Assembly (NCBI GenBank): GCA_963706025.1
Contig: CAVPLM010000008.1
Location: 96,001-160,000 of the forward strand
Direction of reading: 5' to 3'
DNA from: an uncultured Actinomycetes bacterium
GTDB lineage: Bacteria; Actinomycetota; Thermoleophilia; RBG-16-64-13
DNA: 64,000 nucleotides
Positions within the stretch are counted from its first letter, which is position 1; every line of letters begins with the position of its first letter. Shown here in pieces: positions 18,723-27,327 of this stretch. Under the pieces are notes generated by a model. That model searched no databases. It saw only the letters and a list, made by a program, of their open reading frames with translations, and was not told the DNA's origin. Position numbers and translations under genes: made by a program.

Positions 18723-19097
18723 ATGGATACCCTGAGCGACACGTTCAAGGCGTTGTCCGACGAAACGCGCGTACAGATCATGACGCTTCTCTTGGAGCAT
18801 GACGAGCTATGTGTGTGCGACTTCGTCGGTGCGCTGGGCCAGACACAGTCGAAAGTGTCACGTCATCTCCGCTATCTCTACCACGCCGGGCTGGTGCGGG
18901 ACCGCCGAGAAGGGCTCTGGATGCACTACCGCGTCTCCCCCGATCTCAGGCCGGAGCAGGCGACCATCTTGGCTGCGCTTTCCGAGGCGGTCGGTGAAGA
19001 GCGAAAGAAGGAACTGCGTCAAGCGCTGGAACGGTGGTTCGCGCAGAAGGCATCGACTGGTGAGGCGGGAGGGCAAGAAGCGGCGTCCTGCTGTTAG
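18723..19097 (+). CDS. arsR: ArsR/SmtB family repressor with C-terminal CC
   Basis: FKALSDETR..ELCVCD..QSKVSRHL; ends ASCC. Confidence 0.92.
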   Translation: MDTLSDTFKALSDETRVQIMTLLLEHDELCVCDFVGALGQTQSKVSRHLRYLYHAGLVRDRREGLWMHYRVSPDLRPEQATILAALSEAVGEERKKELRQALERWFAQKASTGEAGGQEAASCC

Positions 19098-19132
19098 CGG
19101 GCCGCAATGCTGGACATGGAAGGTGGAGGGTC

Positions 19133-19390
19133 TTGATCGAGGTCAAGGTTTTCGGTAGCGAGCCGCCCTGCGTGAAGTGCAAGCAGGCGGAAGGGGAAGC
19201 CAGGAAGGCGGCGGAGAAGTTCCCTGGCCAGGTAACGGTGGCGAAGCATTCGGCCCTTTCCCCGGAAGGGCTGGGACTGGGGCTCATGATGACGCCCGCG
19301 GTGGTTGTCAACGGCAAAGTGATCTCCCAGGGCCGCGTCCCGCAAGAGAGCGAACTCGAACGTATCTTTCGATCAGAACTAGGAGGGTGA
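19133..19390 (+). CDS. Small thioredoxin-like redox protein (CVKC)
   Basis: VKVFG..PPCVKC..MTPAVVVNGK..GRVP. Confidence 0.85.
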   Translation: MIEVKVFGSEPPCVKCKQAEGEARKAAEKFPGQVTVAKHSALSPEGLGLGLMMTPAVVVNGKVISQGRVPQESELERIFRSELGG

Positions 19391-19391
19391 C

Positions 19392-19667
19392 GTGCCTGTG
19401 CTTATGGAAGTGTTCAGCGGAGATCCGCCCTGCCCCGGCTGCGTCGCCATCCTGGCGATGGGAGACCGGTACGCCCAGAAGTACCCGGCGGAGGAGCTGA
19501 CGGTCAAGAAGTACGTCGGTCGGGAGGCGCTCGAGAAGTACGAGGAATACAACCTCTCCTGCGTGCCGGCGGCCGTCATCAACGGCGTTATCAAGATAGA
19601 AGGAACGGCTCCAGATGAAGGCACAATGAACAACGCGCTCCGGGAGGGCGGGCTATGGATCCGATAA
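19392..19667 (+). CDS. Small thioredoxin-like protein (CPGC)
   Basis: EVFSGDPPCPGC..VPAAVING. Confidence 0.82.
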   Translation: MPVLMEVFSGDPPCPGCVAILAMGDRYAQKYPAEELTVKKYVGREALEKYEEYNLSCVPAAVINGVIKIEGTAPDEGTMNNALREGGLWIR

Positions 19668-19918
19668 AGGTGGAGGTCTTTCTTTCGGTGCCTGCTTGCT
19701 CCGGCGGCGTTGCGGTCCGGCGGTTGATCGATGATGTCGCCGCGGAGTACGGCGACCAGATGGATGTCGTCTATCACCAGGGCCGCGACGAGCGCTACGA
19801 GGAGCTGAAGCTGTCTTCCGCCCCGGCGATCATCGTCGGTGATCTGGTGCGTTTCATCGGATTATGCCCCACCAAGGAAGGCTTGATCGGTGCGCTGAGA
19901 GAAGCCGGGCTGGAGTAG
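19655..19918 (+). CDS. Small thioredoxin-fold protein (single active-site Cys, CSGG)
   Basis: VEVFLSVPACSGG..APAIIVG..GLCP. Confidence 0.75.
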   Translation: MDPIKVEVFLSVPACSGGVAVRRLIDDVAAEYGDQMDVVYHQGRDERYEELKLSSAPAIIVGDLVRFIGLCPTKEGLIGALREAGLE

Positions 19919-20053
19919 TAGGTGGACGCCTAAGCGTCCTGCTGGCGGCCACAACGGGAGATCGGCTCGGGCAACTCGCGAAGTATCCGTGGAACCGCGA
20001 GCCGCCCGCGCGCGTTCAGCGCACCGCCTGCAAGGCCCCGCTAGAACACGCAC

Positions 20054-20290
20054 TCATGACTCTTTCCAAACGACTTCCACGCCCTCTGAATCCCCAACAG
20101 CTTGTTCGAGAATACGTATGAGTCCAGAACTAGCGCCGCGCTGCTCAAGAGTCTCTATGGTCATCGGAGTGATGTAGTAATCCGTGTCTTGCTCGTCTTC
20201 CTCCTCGAGCTGATCGATCAGCAGCTGCAGATCAGCCTCGTCGATCGTTCCGAGGAACGCACCGTCATCCTTCAACGATAAGGTAATCAT
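20054..20290 (-). CDS. Small acidic conserved hypothetical protein
   Basis: LGTIDEADLQLLIDQLEEE..DTDYYI; protein-like composition. Confidence 0.7.
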   Translation of the reverse strand: MITLSLKDDGAFLGTIDEADLQLLIDQLEEEDEQDTDYYITPMTIETLEQRGASSGLIRILEQAVGDSEGVEVVWKES

Positions 20291-20538
20291 CAGGCGATCC
20301 TTCCATTCATGTGTTCGAGCACCCACTGTGCGATCTGTCTACCTCGATGAAGACGGTCACCCCAGTCTCGATAGCGCTGGTCGCGGTCTTCGTCGCCGAT
20401 CTTCCGCCTACCTCGCCGTTACCAGACCAGGCCGGACAATCGAGGGGATTATCCCAGGAGTTGGCCATAGGCGTGTTCGGCCCTCGTCTTGGGTAGAACG
20501 AAGTCATAATCAGAACAGCCGCCCTGGAGGGAGCACGA

Positions 20539-21183
20539 GTGATCATGACTACCCCAATCGACTCAGTCACCGCGATCCACAACGCCTTCCGACGCGACAT
20601 GGCAGACATCGACACAGCCGCGCTGGACACGGCGCGCGGCAGACCGGGGCTCGAAGCCACGATTGACCGCTTCCGCTTCTTCAACGAAGTGCTGGTGTGG
20701 CATGCCCACGGTGAAGAACTGGCTATCTTCCCTGCGTTGGAGGTTGTCGCTCCGTCCGTGGCCGAGGCGTACCTGAGAGACCATCGCGGTCTAGACGCCG
20801 CGTTCGACGCTCTGAACGACGCGGTCTCTGCCCGTGACCCGCTGGAGACAGCACGAGCCACAGCTGCCTTCAAGTTCCATCTAGACATTCACCTGGCCAA
20901 AGAAGATGCGCACGTCTACCGTCTCATAAGGGAACGCGTTTCCCTACCTGATCAGGGCAAGGCAGTCGGGGTCATGGCCAGCACAGTCCCCCAGGAGCGC
21001 TTCCCAGAGGTGGTCGCCTGGCTATTCCCTTTGATCGGCCACGACGACCGCGCGAACATGACCCGGGTATGGCAAATGCTCATGCCTCCGGAGACCTTTG
21101 CGGGAGTCAAGAAACTGGTGCAGAAGGCGGTCGGCGACGACTGGGCAGAGCTGACTCAGCGCATCCCTGAACTATCGCTTTGA
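20539..21183 (+). CDS. Hemerythrin/HHE domain protein
   Basis: HNAFRRD, HAHGEE..IFP, DH, HLAKED. Confidence 0.85.
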   Translation: MIMTTPIDSVTAIHNAFRRDMADIDTAALDTARGRPGLEATIDRFRFFNEVLVWHAHGEELAIFPALEVVAPSVAEAYLRDHRGLDAAFDALNDAVSARDPLETARATAAFKFHLDIHLAKEDAHVYRLIRERVSLPDQGKAVGVMASTVPQERFPEVVAWLFPLIGHDDRANMTRVWQMLMPPETFAGVKKLVQKAVGDDWAELTQRIPELSL

Positions 21184-21186
21184 GAA

Positions 21187-21207
21187 ACCGGGGGGTTCGA
21201 ATCCCCC
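21187..21207 (+). other. tRNA T-arm remnant (att-like)
   Basis: ACCGGGGGGTTCGAATCCCCC with no upstream cloverleaf; near-identical to 34379-34398. Confidence 0.55.
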
Positions 21208-21378
21208 GTCGAAACCGCGCTTTGGCGTCTTCGGTGCTGGACATATGATGAGCACATCCGGTTCATGAGTTGCAGTTGACGCTCGCAGTAGCGAGGCAGA
21301 CTGGGGAGACATCCTTGCAGCAACTGGACACAAAGTGCAGGAGGGAATGGACGTCGATCGCGTGGAAGCCGGGGCCGC

Positions 21379-23114
21379 CTAACGCCACATGGCGTTCCAC
21401 AAGATCTGAGCTACCTCCCCCCTAGTGGCCGTCGCCCATGCGTTCCAGCCCGTGCCGAACCCGGCAAGCCCGTCCGTCAGGTCGTTGTACTCGGCCTTTC
21501 TCATGGCCTCGGCGTGTTCGCCCGACAACCCACCGATGCTCGAACTGAAGCCGGCAGGGACCGCATCCAAGGAGCCTGGAGCCAGGCTGTCAAGTGCCCG
21601 AACAACCATCAAGAATGACGCCTATCCGGTAGATGCCGTCGTAGGGCTTGAACTTACCTTGTTGTCGCCTTTGATGATGCCGGCTGCGGAGGCGGCGGCA
21701 ACGAAGTCGTGAGGATAGATGTCATTCGCTACGTCAGTCCCCAGATCGGGAAAGGGTGCCGCGGAATCGAGCCAGGAGTCTTCGCTTACCTTGATGTCCA
21801 TGGCTCCACAGACCATCTTGGCGAACTGCATGCGCTTCACTACCTCAAGCGGGGCAAACACCCAGACGCCGGCTTGTTGGCGCCCGCTTACGATCCCCGC
21901 CTGGCTCATGCCGAGGATGGCGGCCTTGTATGGGCTGGAGGAGATATCGGCAAAAGCACCCACCGCTTGGACCTGGCCAAGACCGGACTGGGTGCAGCTC
22001 ACCTTCTGCCCGGGGCTCAACGTCACCTTACCTCCAGCATTTGCAGTGACCTCTACCTGCCCAGAGAAGAGAGCGATCTCGTCCTTGACGCCCGGGGCCA
22101 CGATCACCTGGAATTCGGTGCCCATCACCCCGGCGACCGACGTGGGAGTGACGACCTCGAATCGCGTCCCTTGCTTCTTCAGGTTGAGCCACACCTCGCC
22201 CTGCTGGAGCTGAAGGCCACCCGACAGCAACCTCACGATGCAGTCCCGGCCTTCATGCACGAAGAACGAGCCGTCCGGGAACACGATCTTGGTCCGAGTG
22301 CCGGCGAACGTTCTCGACCGAGATCATGTCGTCCACCGTTACCGCCTCGCCTGATGCGGCCTCAGTCCACGTGGTGCCTCCATCGTGCGAGACCCTTATC
22401 TTGCCCGGTGCCTCTGAACCCTCCAAGCACCGTGCCATGCTCGGGCACGATCCCGGTCAACGTGAACGTGACATGGCGCGCGTCTGAGCCCCAGCTCGGG
22501 CTGGCCTCTTGCCATCCGCCGCCCGGCGCCGGGGTGTAGTGAGTCACCGTCCAGGAGCCCTTGAAAAAGAGGCTAGCCGTCTTCGCATCCGCGCCCAAGG
22601 CCGCCTCTACCGTCCCGTTGTACGCGCCCACCTGGCGCTCGGTGCCAAACCAGGCTGAGTTGTAGACGATGTCGTATTCGTAGTAGTAGGTACCCTGGAG
22701 AAGACCCGTCGCGTCTTCGAAGGTCCCCGTCAGGGATAGCGCTGCGGTACCCGTGAGCGGCTTGCCACCATAGGTGAGCGAGATGGGCAGATTTGTCAGA
22801 CCGTTGGCCTCACCTGACTGGACCACTATCGATGTTGCCTTGAACAGCTCCTTCAGCGCCATGCCGCCCGGCGTGGTGTCGTCGTATGACTGAACCCCGT
22901 TGGTTAGCGTGAAGGCGGCCTGGCCGGTTGCGGCCGTAGCCAGCGAGGGCTCCCCGAAAAGGATGCCGACGCCCATGAGAGCCACTGCCACCGCGACCAA
23001 CAACGTGATCCTAGCGGCAGCGAGGCAAACCACGCCCGTGGATCGAAGACCGCGGGTTGTCTCGTCTCGCTCGCCCTCCACCGCCTGCCCGTTTGATCGA
23101 GCATGCGTCGTCAT
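21379..23114 (-). CDS. Secreted FecR-domain + SLH-module protein, broken by at least 3 frameshifts
   Basis: Signal/TM in the 22362-23249 ORF; QGEVW..VVTPTSVAGVMGTEF (FecR); SLH module KRMQFAKM..YPHDFV..ATRGEVAQILWN spread over consecutive frames. Confidence 0.75.
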
Positions 23115-23470
23115 CCCTGCCTCCTCTCGCCGGACACTCCCGCCGTTCATTCTAGCGGCCCTTGGCGAGCATGGCCAGGGTGGGGCACGTCTCCTTGGCC
23201 GCCGAGCTTCTGGGCCTCGGCCTGAGCGCGCCGGGAATCCCGTAGGCAAACAGAGTAGAGACCAGTATCAACGCATCGGCTCCGGCCGGGTCTCGCAGCG
23301 TCTCCAATGGATGGCTTCCCTTCACCACGGCCGTGACAGAAATCGTCTTCTTGGCGTATTCGGCGTCGGGCAGCCGACTCTCGCGGCCGGTGTTAGTATG
23401 GACTTCGTCTCGGAGGACGGAACGGGGTCTCTTCACTCCCGTGCCTGCGTGAGCGAGGAGGTGCGCGTCC

Positions 23471-24457
23471 ATGAAAGCCTTAGTACTTGCGCCCTTTCAT
23501 GCCGACGCCCTTGCGCAACTCGCCTGTGACGGCGAGGTGGTCTACGAGCCATGGCTGGAGACCGGGCAGATCGCCGACCCGGTCGAGTTGGGAGTGCGCC
23601 TCGAGGAGGGCGGGTTCGACGTGCTCATCATCGAGGCCGACTTCGTCTTCGAGGAGACCTTCGCTGCCGCCCCCGGCCTACGCTTCGTGGGCGCCTGTCG
23701 GGGCGACATCGGCGAGCACGTCGACTTGGACGCCGCCTTGGCCCGGGGCCTGACCGTCGTCAATACACCGGGCCGCAACGCTGTCGCTGTGGCCGAACTC
23801 ACGATCGGGCTGATGTTGGGACTGGCCCGCCGCATTGCCGCGGCGCATGCCATGATCCGCGGCGGGCAGTGGGCGAGCGCGGTGGACAATCTGACGGCCT
23901 GGCAGGGGATCGAGCTTTCGGGCAAGACCGCGGGCTTGATCGGGTACGGTAGGGTCGGCCGTGAGGTGGCGCGGCGGCTGGCGGCCTTCGAGATGGAAGT
24001 GATCGCCTACGATCCGATCGCCTCACAGGCCGGGGATGGGACAAAGGGCGGAGCGTGCGCCTCGCTGGTGGGGCTGGAGGAGTTGCTGTCCCGGTCGGAT
24101 TTCGTCTCGATCCATGCCGCCGTAAACGCGGAGTCGCGTGGGCTGCTCGGAGCGCTCGAGTTGTCCTGGATGAAGCCGTCCGCCTATCTGATCAACACTG
24201 CGCGAGCGGCGATCGTGGACGAGGGCGCGTTGCTGGACGCGTTGCGCGCGGGCCGGATAGCGGGCGCCGGGCTGGACGTGTACCGGGTCGAGCCCCTGCC
24301 GCCTGATTCCCCGTGGTTGGCGCTCGACAACGTCCTGCTCACGCCGCATCTGGGCGGCGCCACCGGCGACGTGGTGCGTCGCCATTCGGAGATGATCTTG
24401 AGCGATCTACGGCGCTGGCGGCAGGGGCAGCGACCCGTCCATCTCGTGACGGGCTGA
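23471..24457 (+). CDS. D-isomer-specific 2-hydroxyacid dehydrogenase (SerA-like)
   Basis: NTPGRNA.AVAE, GYGRVG, INTAR, GLDV..EP, TPHLGG. Confidence 0.9.
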   Translation: MKALVLAPFHADALAQLACDGEVVYEPWLETGQIADPVELGVRLEEGGFDVLIIEADFVFEETFAAAPGLRFVGACRGDIGEHVDLDAALARGLTVVNTPGRNAVAVAELTIGLMLGLARRIAAAHAMIRGGQWASAVDNLTAWQGIELSGKTAGLIGYGRVGREVARRLAAFEMEVIAYDPIASQAGDGTKGGACASLVGLEELLSRSDFVSIHAAVNAESRGLLGALELSWMKPSAYLINTARAAIVDEGALLDALRAGRIAGAGLDVYRVEPLPPDSPWLALDNVLLTPHLGGATGDVVRRHSEMILSDLRRWRQGQRPVHLVTG

Positions 24458-24491
24458 GCGGGACACGGAAAGGTAGGCCGGCAGAGGGCGC

Positions 24492-26084
24492 ATGGGAACG
24501 AGCGAGCCCGCTTTTCTGGCCCTTGACGGTGGAACGAGCGCCGGCCGGGCCGCGCTGTTCGACGTTAGCGGCCGTCTGCTCGCAGAGGCCGTTCGCCTCT
24601 GGAGCTACGAGACGCCGGACGACGCTGCGCCCTGGGGTCGCGAATTCGCTCCGGATCGTTTCTGGGCGGAGCTGTGCGACGCCGGCCGCGCCGTCTGCAA
24701 CGCCGAACAAGCGGGTGGGCCTTACCGGGTGGTCGCGATCGCGGCGACCGCGCAGCGCCAGGCGACCGTACTGCTCGACGCCTCGGGACATGAGCTCTAC
24801 GCGGGACCCAACATCGACCTGCGCGGCGCCTTCGAGGGGTTGCGCCTGCTGAACGAACGTGGTCCTCGCATACACGCCATCACCGGGCACCTCCCCCCGC
24901 TGATGTTCGCGGCGGCGCGGTGGCTCTGGTTCTGCAATCGCCGCCCCGAGGTGTGCGCCCAGGCGGCGCATCTCCTGATGATGCCGGACTGGTTGACCTG
25001 GCGGCTCTGCGGAGAAATGGCTACCGAACCGAGCAGCGCGGCCGAGTCCGGCCTGTTCGACGTCGTCCGGCGCGCATGGTCCGAGGAACAGGCCGAGGAT
25101 GCGGGGATCCCGCTGAGCATCTTGCCGCCCGTCCGCTCGGCAGGGGAGGTCGCCGGCCGGCTCCTGCCCGCCGCTGCCGAAGCACTCGGCCTGGCGCAGG
25201 GAACCCCGGTCGTCATCGGTGGCAGCGATACGGGGTGCGGCATGCTGGCGATGGACGCGATCCGTCCCGGCCAGGCCGGTCTGGTGGCCGGCTGGAGCGC
25301 GCCGACGCAACTCGTGACCGAGCGGCCTGTCTTCGATCCATCTTGCTCCCTGTGGACGAGTTGCAGCGCGGCGGGGGCACCCTGGGTGCTGGAGGGTAAT
25401 TCGGGGCCGGCGGGCTCCGCGCACCGGTGGGCGCGCGAACTGCTCTTGCCGGGCGCCGCCTACGAGGACTTCGACAGCCTGGCGAAGCAGGCCTCGCCGG
25501 GCTCGAGTGCCACACTCGCCCTTCTTGGGCCGCGCGTCGCCGACTACGCCGACCCGCAGCTCCTGTGGGGCGGCTTCCTCTTCCCCCAAGCCAACGACAT
25601 GCTGACCTGCGGCCGCGCGGAGTTCGCCCGTGCCGTCCTGGAGAACATCGCCTTCGCCGTCAAGGCGAACCTCCTTCGCGTCCAGTGCTGCGCGGCAGGC
25701 GCGGGGCAGGCGTCCCCAGGCGTGGAGCAAGCGCCCCCGGGCGCGGGGCAAGCGCCCCCACGCGCGGCGCAGGCGCCCCCAGGCGCTTTGAGGCTCGGCG
25801 GCGGACTGGCGGCCAGCGCCATGTTCAGCCAGATCCTGGCGGACGTCCTCGGAATGCCGGTCGAAGTGGCAGCGGTTTCGCCCGTCAGCGCGCAGGGGGC
25901 AGCCGTCTGCGCTGCCGCCGGCGCGGGTTTCTATGCTGATATCCTGGAGGCCGCCAATTGCATGCGGCAGGCGGGTGTAGAAAGGCTCCCCAGGCCGGCG
26001 GCACAGGCGGAGTATCTCGACGCCTACGAGCGCTGGGTCCAGACATACGAAGCGCTCCGGCAGCTCAGTCAGGCGCTGGGATAG
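24492..26084 (+). CDS. FGGY family carbohydrate kinase (LsrK/xylulokinase-like)
   Basis: LALDGGT, GGSD, RAVLENIAF, GGG..QILADVLG. Confidence 0.88.
   Translation: MGTSEPAFLALDGGTSAGRAALFDVSGRLLAEAVRLWSYETPDDAAPWGREFAPDRFWAELCDAGRAVCNAEQAGGPYRVVAIAATAQRQATVLLDASGHELYAGPNIDLRGAFEGLRLLNERGPRIHAITGHLPPLMFAAARWLWFCNRRPEVCAQAAHLLMMPDWLTWRLCGEMATEPSSAAESGLFDVVRRAWSEEQAEDAGIPLSILPPVRSAGEVAGRLLPAAAEALGLAQGTPVVIGGSDTGCGMLAMDAIRPGQAGLVAGWSAPTQLVTERPVFDPSCSLWTSCSAAGAPWVLEGNSGPAGSAHRWARELLLPGAAYEDFDSLAKQASPGSSATLALLGPRVADYADPQLLWGGFLFPQANDMLTCGRAEFARAVLENIAFAVKANLLRVQCCAAGAGQASPGVEQAPPGAGQAPPRAAQAPPGALRLGGGLAASAMFSQILADVLGMPVEVAAVSPVSAQGAAVCAAAGAGFYADILEAANCMRQAGVERLPRPAAQAEYLDAYERWVQTYEALRQLSQALG
25698..25786 (+). 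repeat. 21-bp in-frame tandem repeat x4 (GAGQAPP-like) inside the kinase
   Basis: ggcgcggggcaggcgtcccca / ggcgtggagcaagcgcccccg / ggcgcggggcaagcgccccca / cgcgcggcgcaggcgccccca. Confidence 0.9.
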
Positions 26085-26105
26085 AAGAGTAGCGAAGGGG
26101 GTGAG

Positions 26106-26750
26106 ATGGAATACGAGATCATACGGACCGAGGTACTAGGAACTGCCCAGGCGCTGGTCGGCCAAGGCCTCACGATAGGCGACAGCGGCAACGTGAGCGC
26201 GCGGGTACCGGACGAGAACCGTTTGCTGCTGGCGATCACTCCGCATGGTCGCTACTACGATCTCCTGACGCCGGAGGACGTCGTCGTGGTCGATGAGGAG
26301 GGCGAGCCGGTCGCCGGCGAGGACATCCCCTCGGCCGAGCTGCTGCTGCACGCCGAGGTCTACCGTGTCCGGCCCGATGTGAACGCCGTGATCCACGCAC
26401 ATCCACCATTGGCCAGCGCGGCCGCCGTCGTCGGCAGACCGATCCCACCGATCCTGGAGGACCAGATGATCTTCCTCGGTGGACAGATCGAGGTCGCCCG
26501 GCACGCCATGACGGGCAGCGAGGACCTGGTCGGCGCCGCCGTGGCAGCGCTGGGAGATCGCAACGCCTGCCTGCTGGCCAACCACGGCGCCTTGAGCGTC
26601 GGGCGCGACCCAAGAGCCGCCCTGTGCGCGTGCCAGTACCTCGAGAAGCTCTGTCAGGCCTTCCTCTTTGCGACCTGGTGCGGTGCGGTGAACGTCCTCT
26701 CGCCGGAGGTCGTTGCTGCCGAGACAGCTTTCTTCCGGATGCGACGCTAG
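26106..26750 (+). CDS. Class II aldolase/adducin family (FucA-like)
   Basis: SGNVS, ITP, PSAE..LH, HAH, LANHG. Confidence 0.9.
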   Translation: MEYEIIRTEVLGTAQALVGQGLTIGDSGNVSARVPDENRLLLAITPHGRYYDLLTPEDVVVVDEEGEPVAGEDIPSAELLLHAEVYRVRPDVNAVIHAHPPLASAAAVVGRPIPPILEDQMIFLGGQIEVARHAMTGSEDLVGAAVAALGDRNACLLANHGALSVGRDPRAALCACQYLEKLCQAFLFATWCGAVNVLSPEVVAAETAFFRMRR

Positions 26751-26766
26751 CCCCTGGAGGTGCTTC

Positions 26767-27138
26767 ATGGTCACGGTCCCCGCCTTTCTTCTCAAACGGC
26801 TGTACGTCAAGGGCAGCCTCAAGCCTACCCCGGACGGCTTCGAGTTCCGGGTGGAGAACAAGCTCGGGTCGGGCTACGCGACCGAGATGCTGCCGGTCAC
26901 ACTGGACGGACAGCCCTTCCCGCTCGAGCAGAGCTACTTCCGCCCCGACGGTGAGGACGAAGTCCGCTTCAGCGAGGTCGGCTCGGACAAGCCCTTCACG
27001 CTGGAGGTAGGCAAGGGCCTGGCGATAGGCGTCCACGGGACGCCGCCGCCGATCGCCGGACCGCACAAGGTCGGATTGGGCTTCGTCGTCCAGGGCATCT
27101 CCGCACTCAGCTTCGAGGTCTCCGAAGTCGTCCAATAG
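26767..27138 (+). CDS. Conserved hypothetical beta-rich protein
   Basis: VPAFLLKRLYVKGSLK..GFEF; RBS GGAGG; operonic. Confidence 0.7.
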   Translation: MVTVPAFLLKRLYVKGSLKPTPDGFEFRVENKLGSGYATEMLPVTLDGQPFPLEQSYFRPDGEDEVRFSEVGSDKPFTLEVGKGLAIGVHGTPPPIAGPHKVGLGFVVQGISALSFEVSEVVQ

Positions 27139-27327
27139 CGGCCGCCGCCGACGCGGTCGCCGCGATGCGCGCACGCCGGCCGGGCAGGGAGACAAGGCGG
27201 GCTTCATCGATCCGGCCGGCGCCCGCGTGGGGCAACCGCATCGCGGTCCACGCTTGCGCGCAGTACAATAAGGGTGCGGCTGCTGGAGAGGGCGTTTCGC
27301 CAGAGCGCGAAGCAGGGGGAGGTCCAC

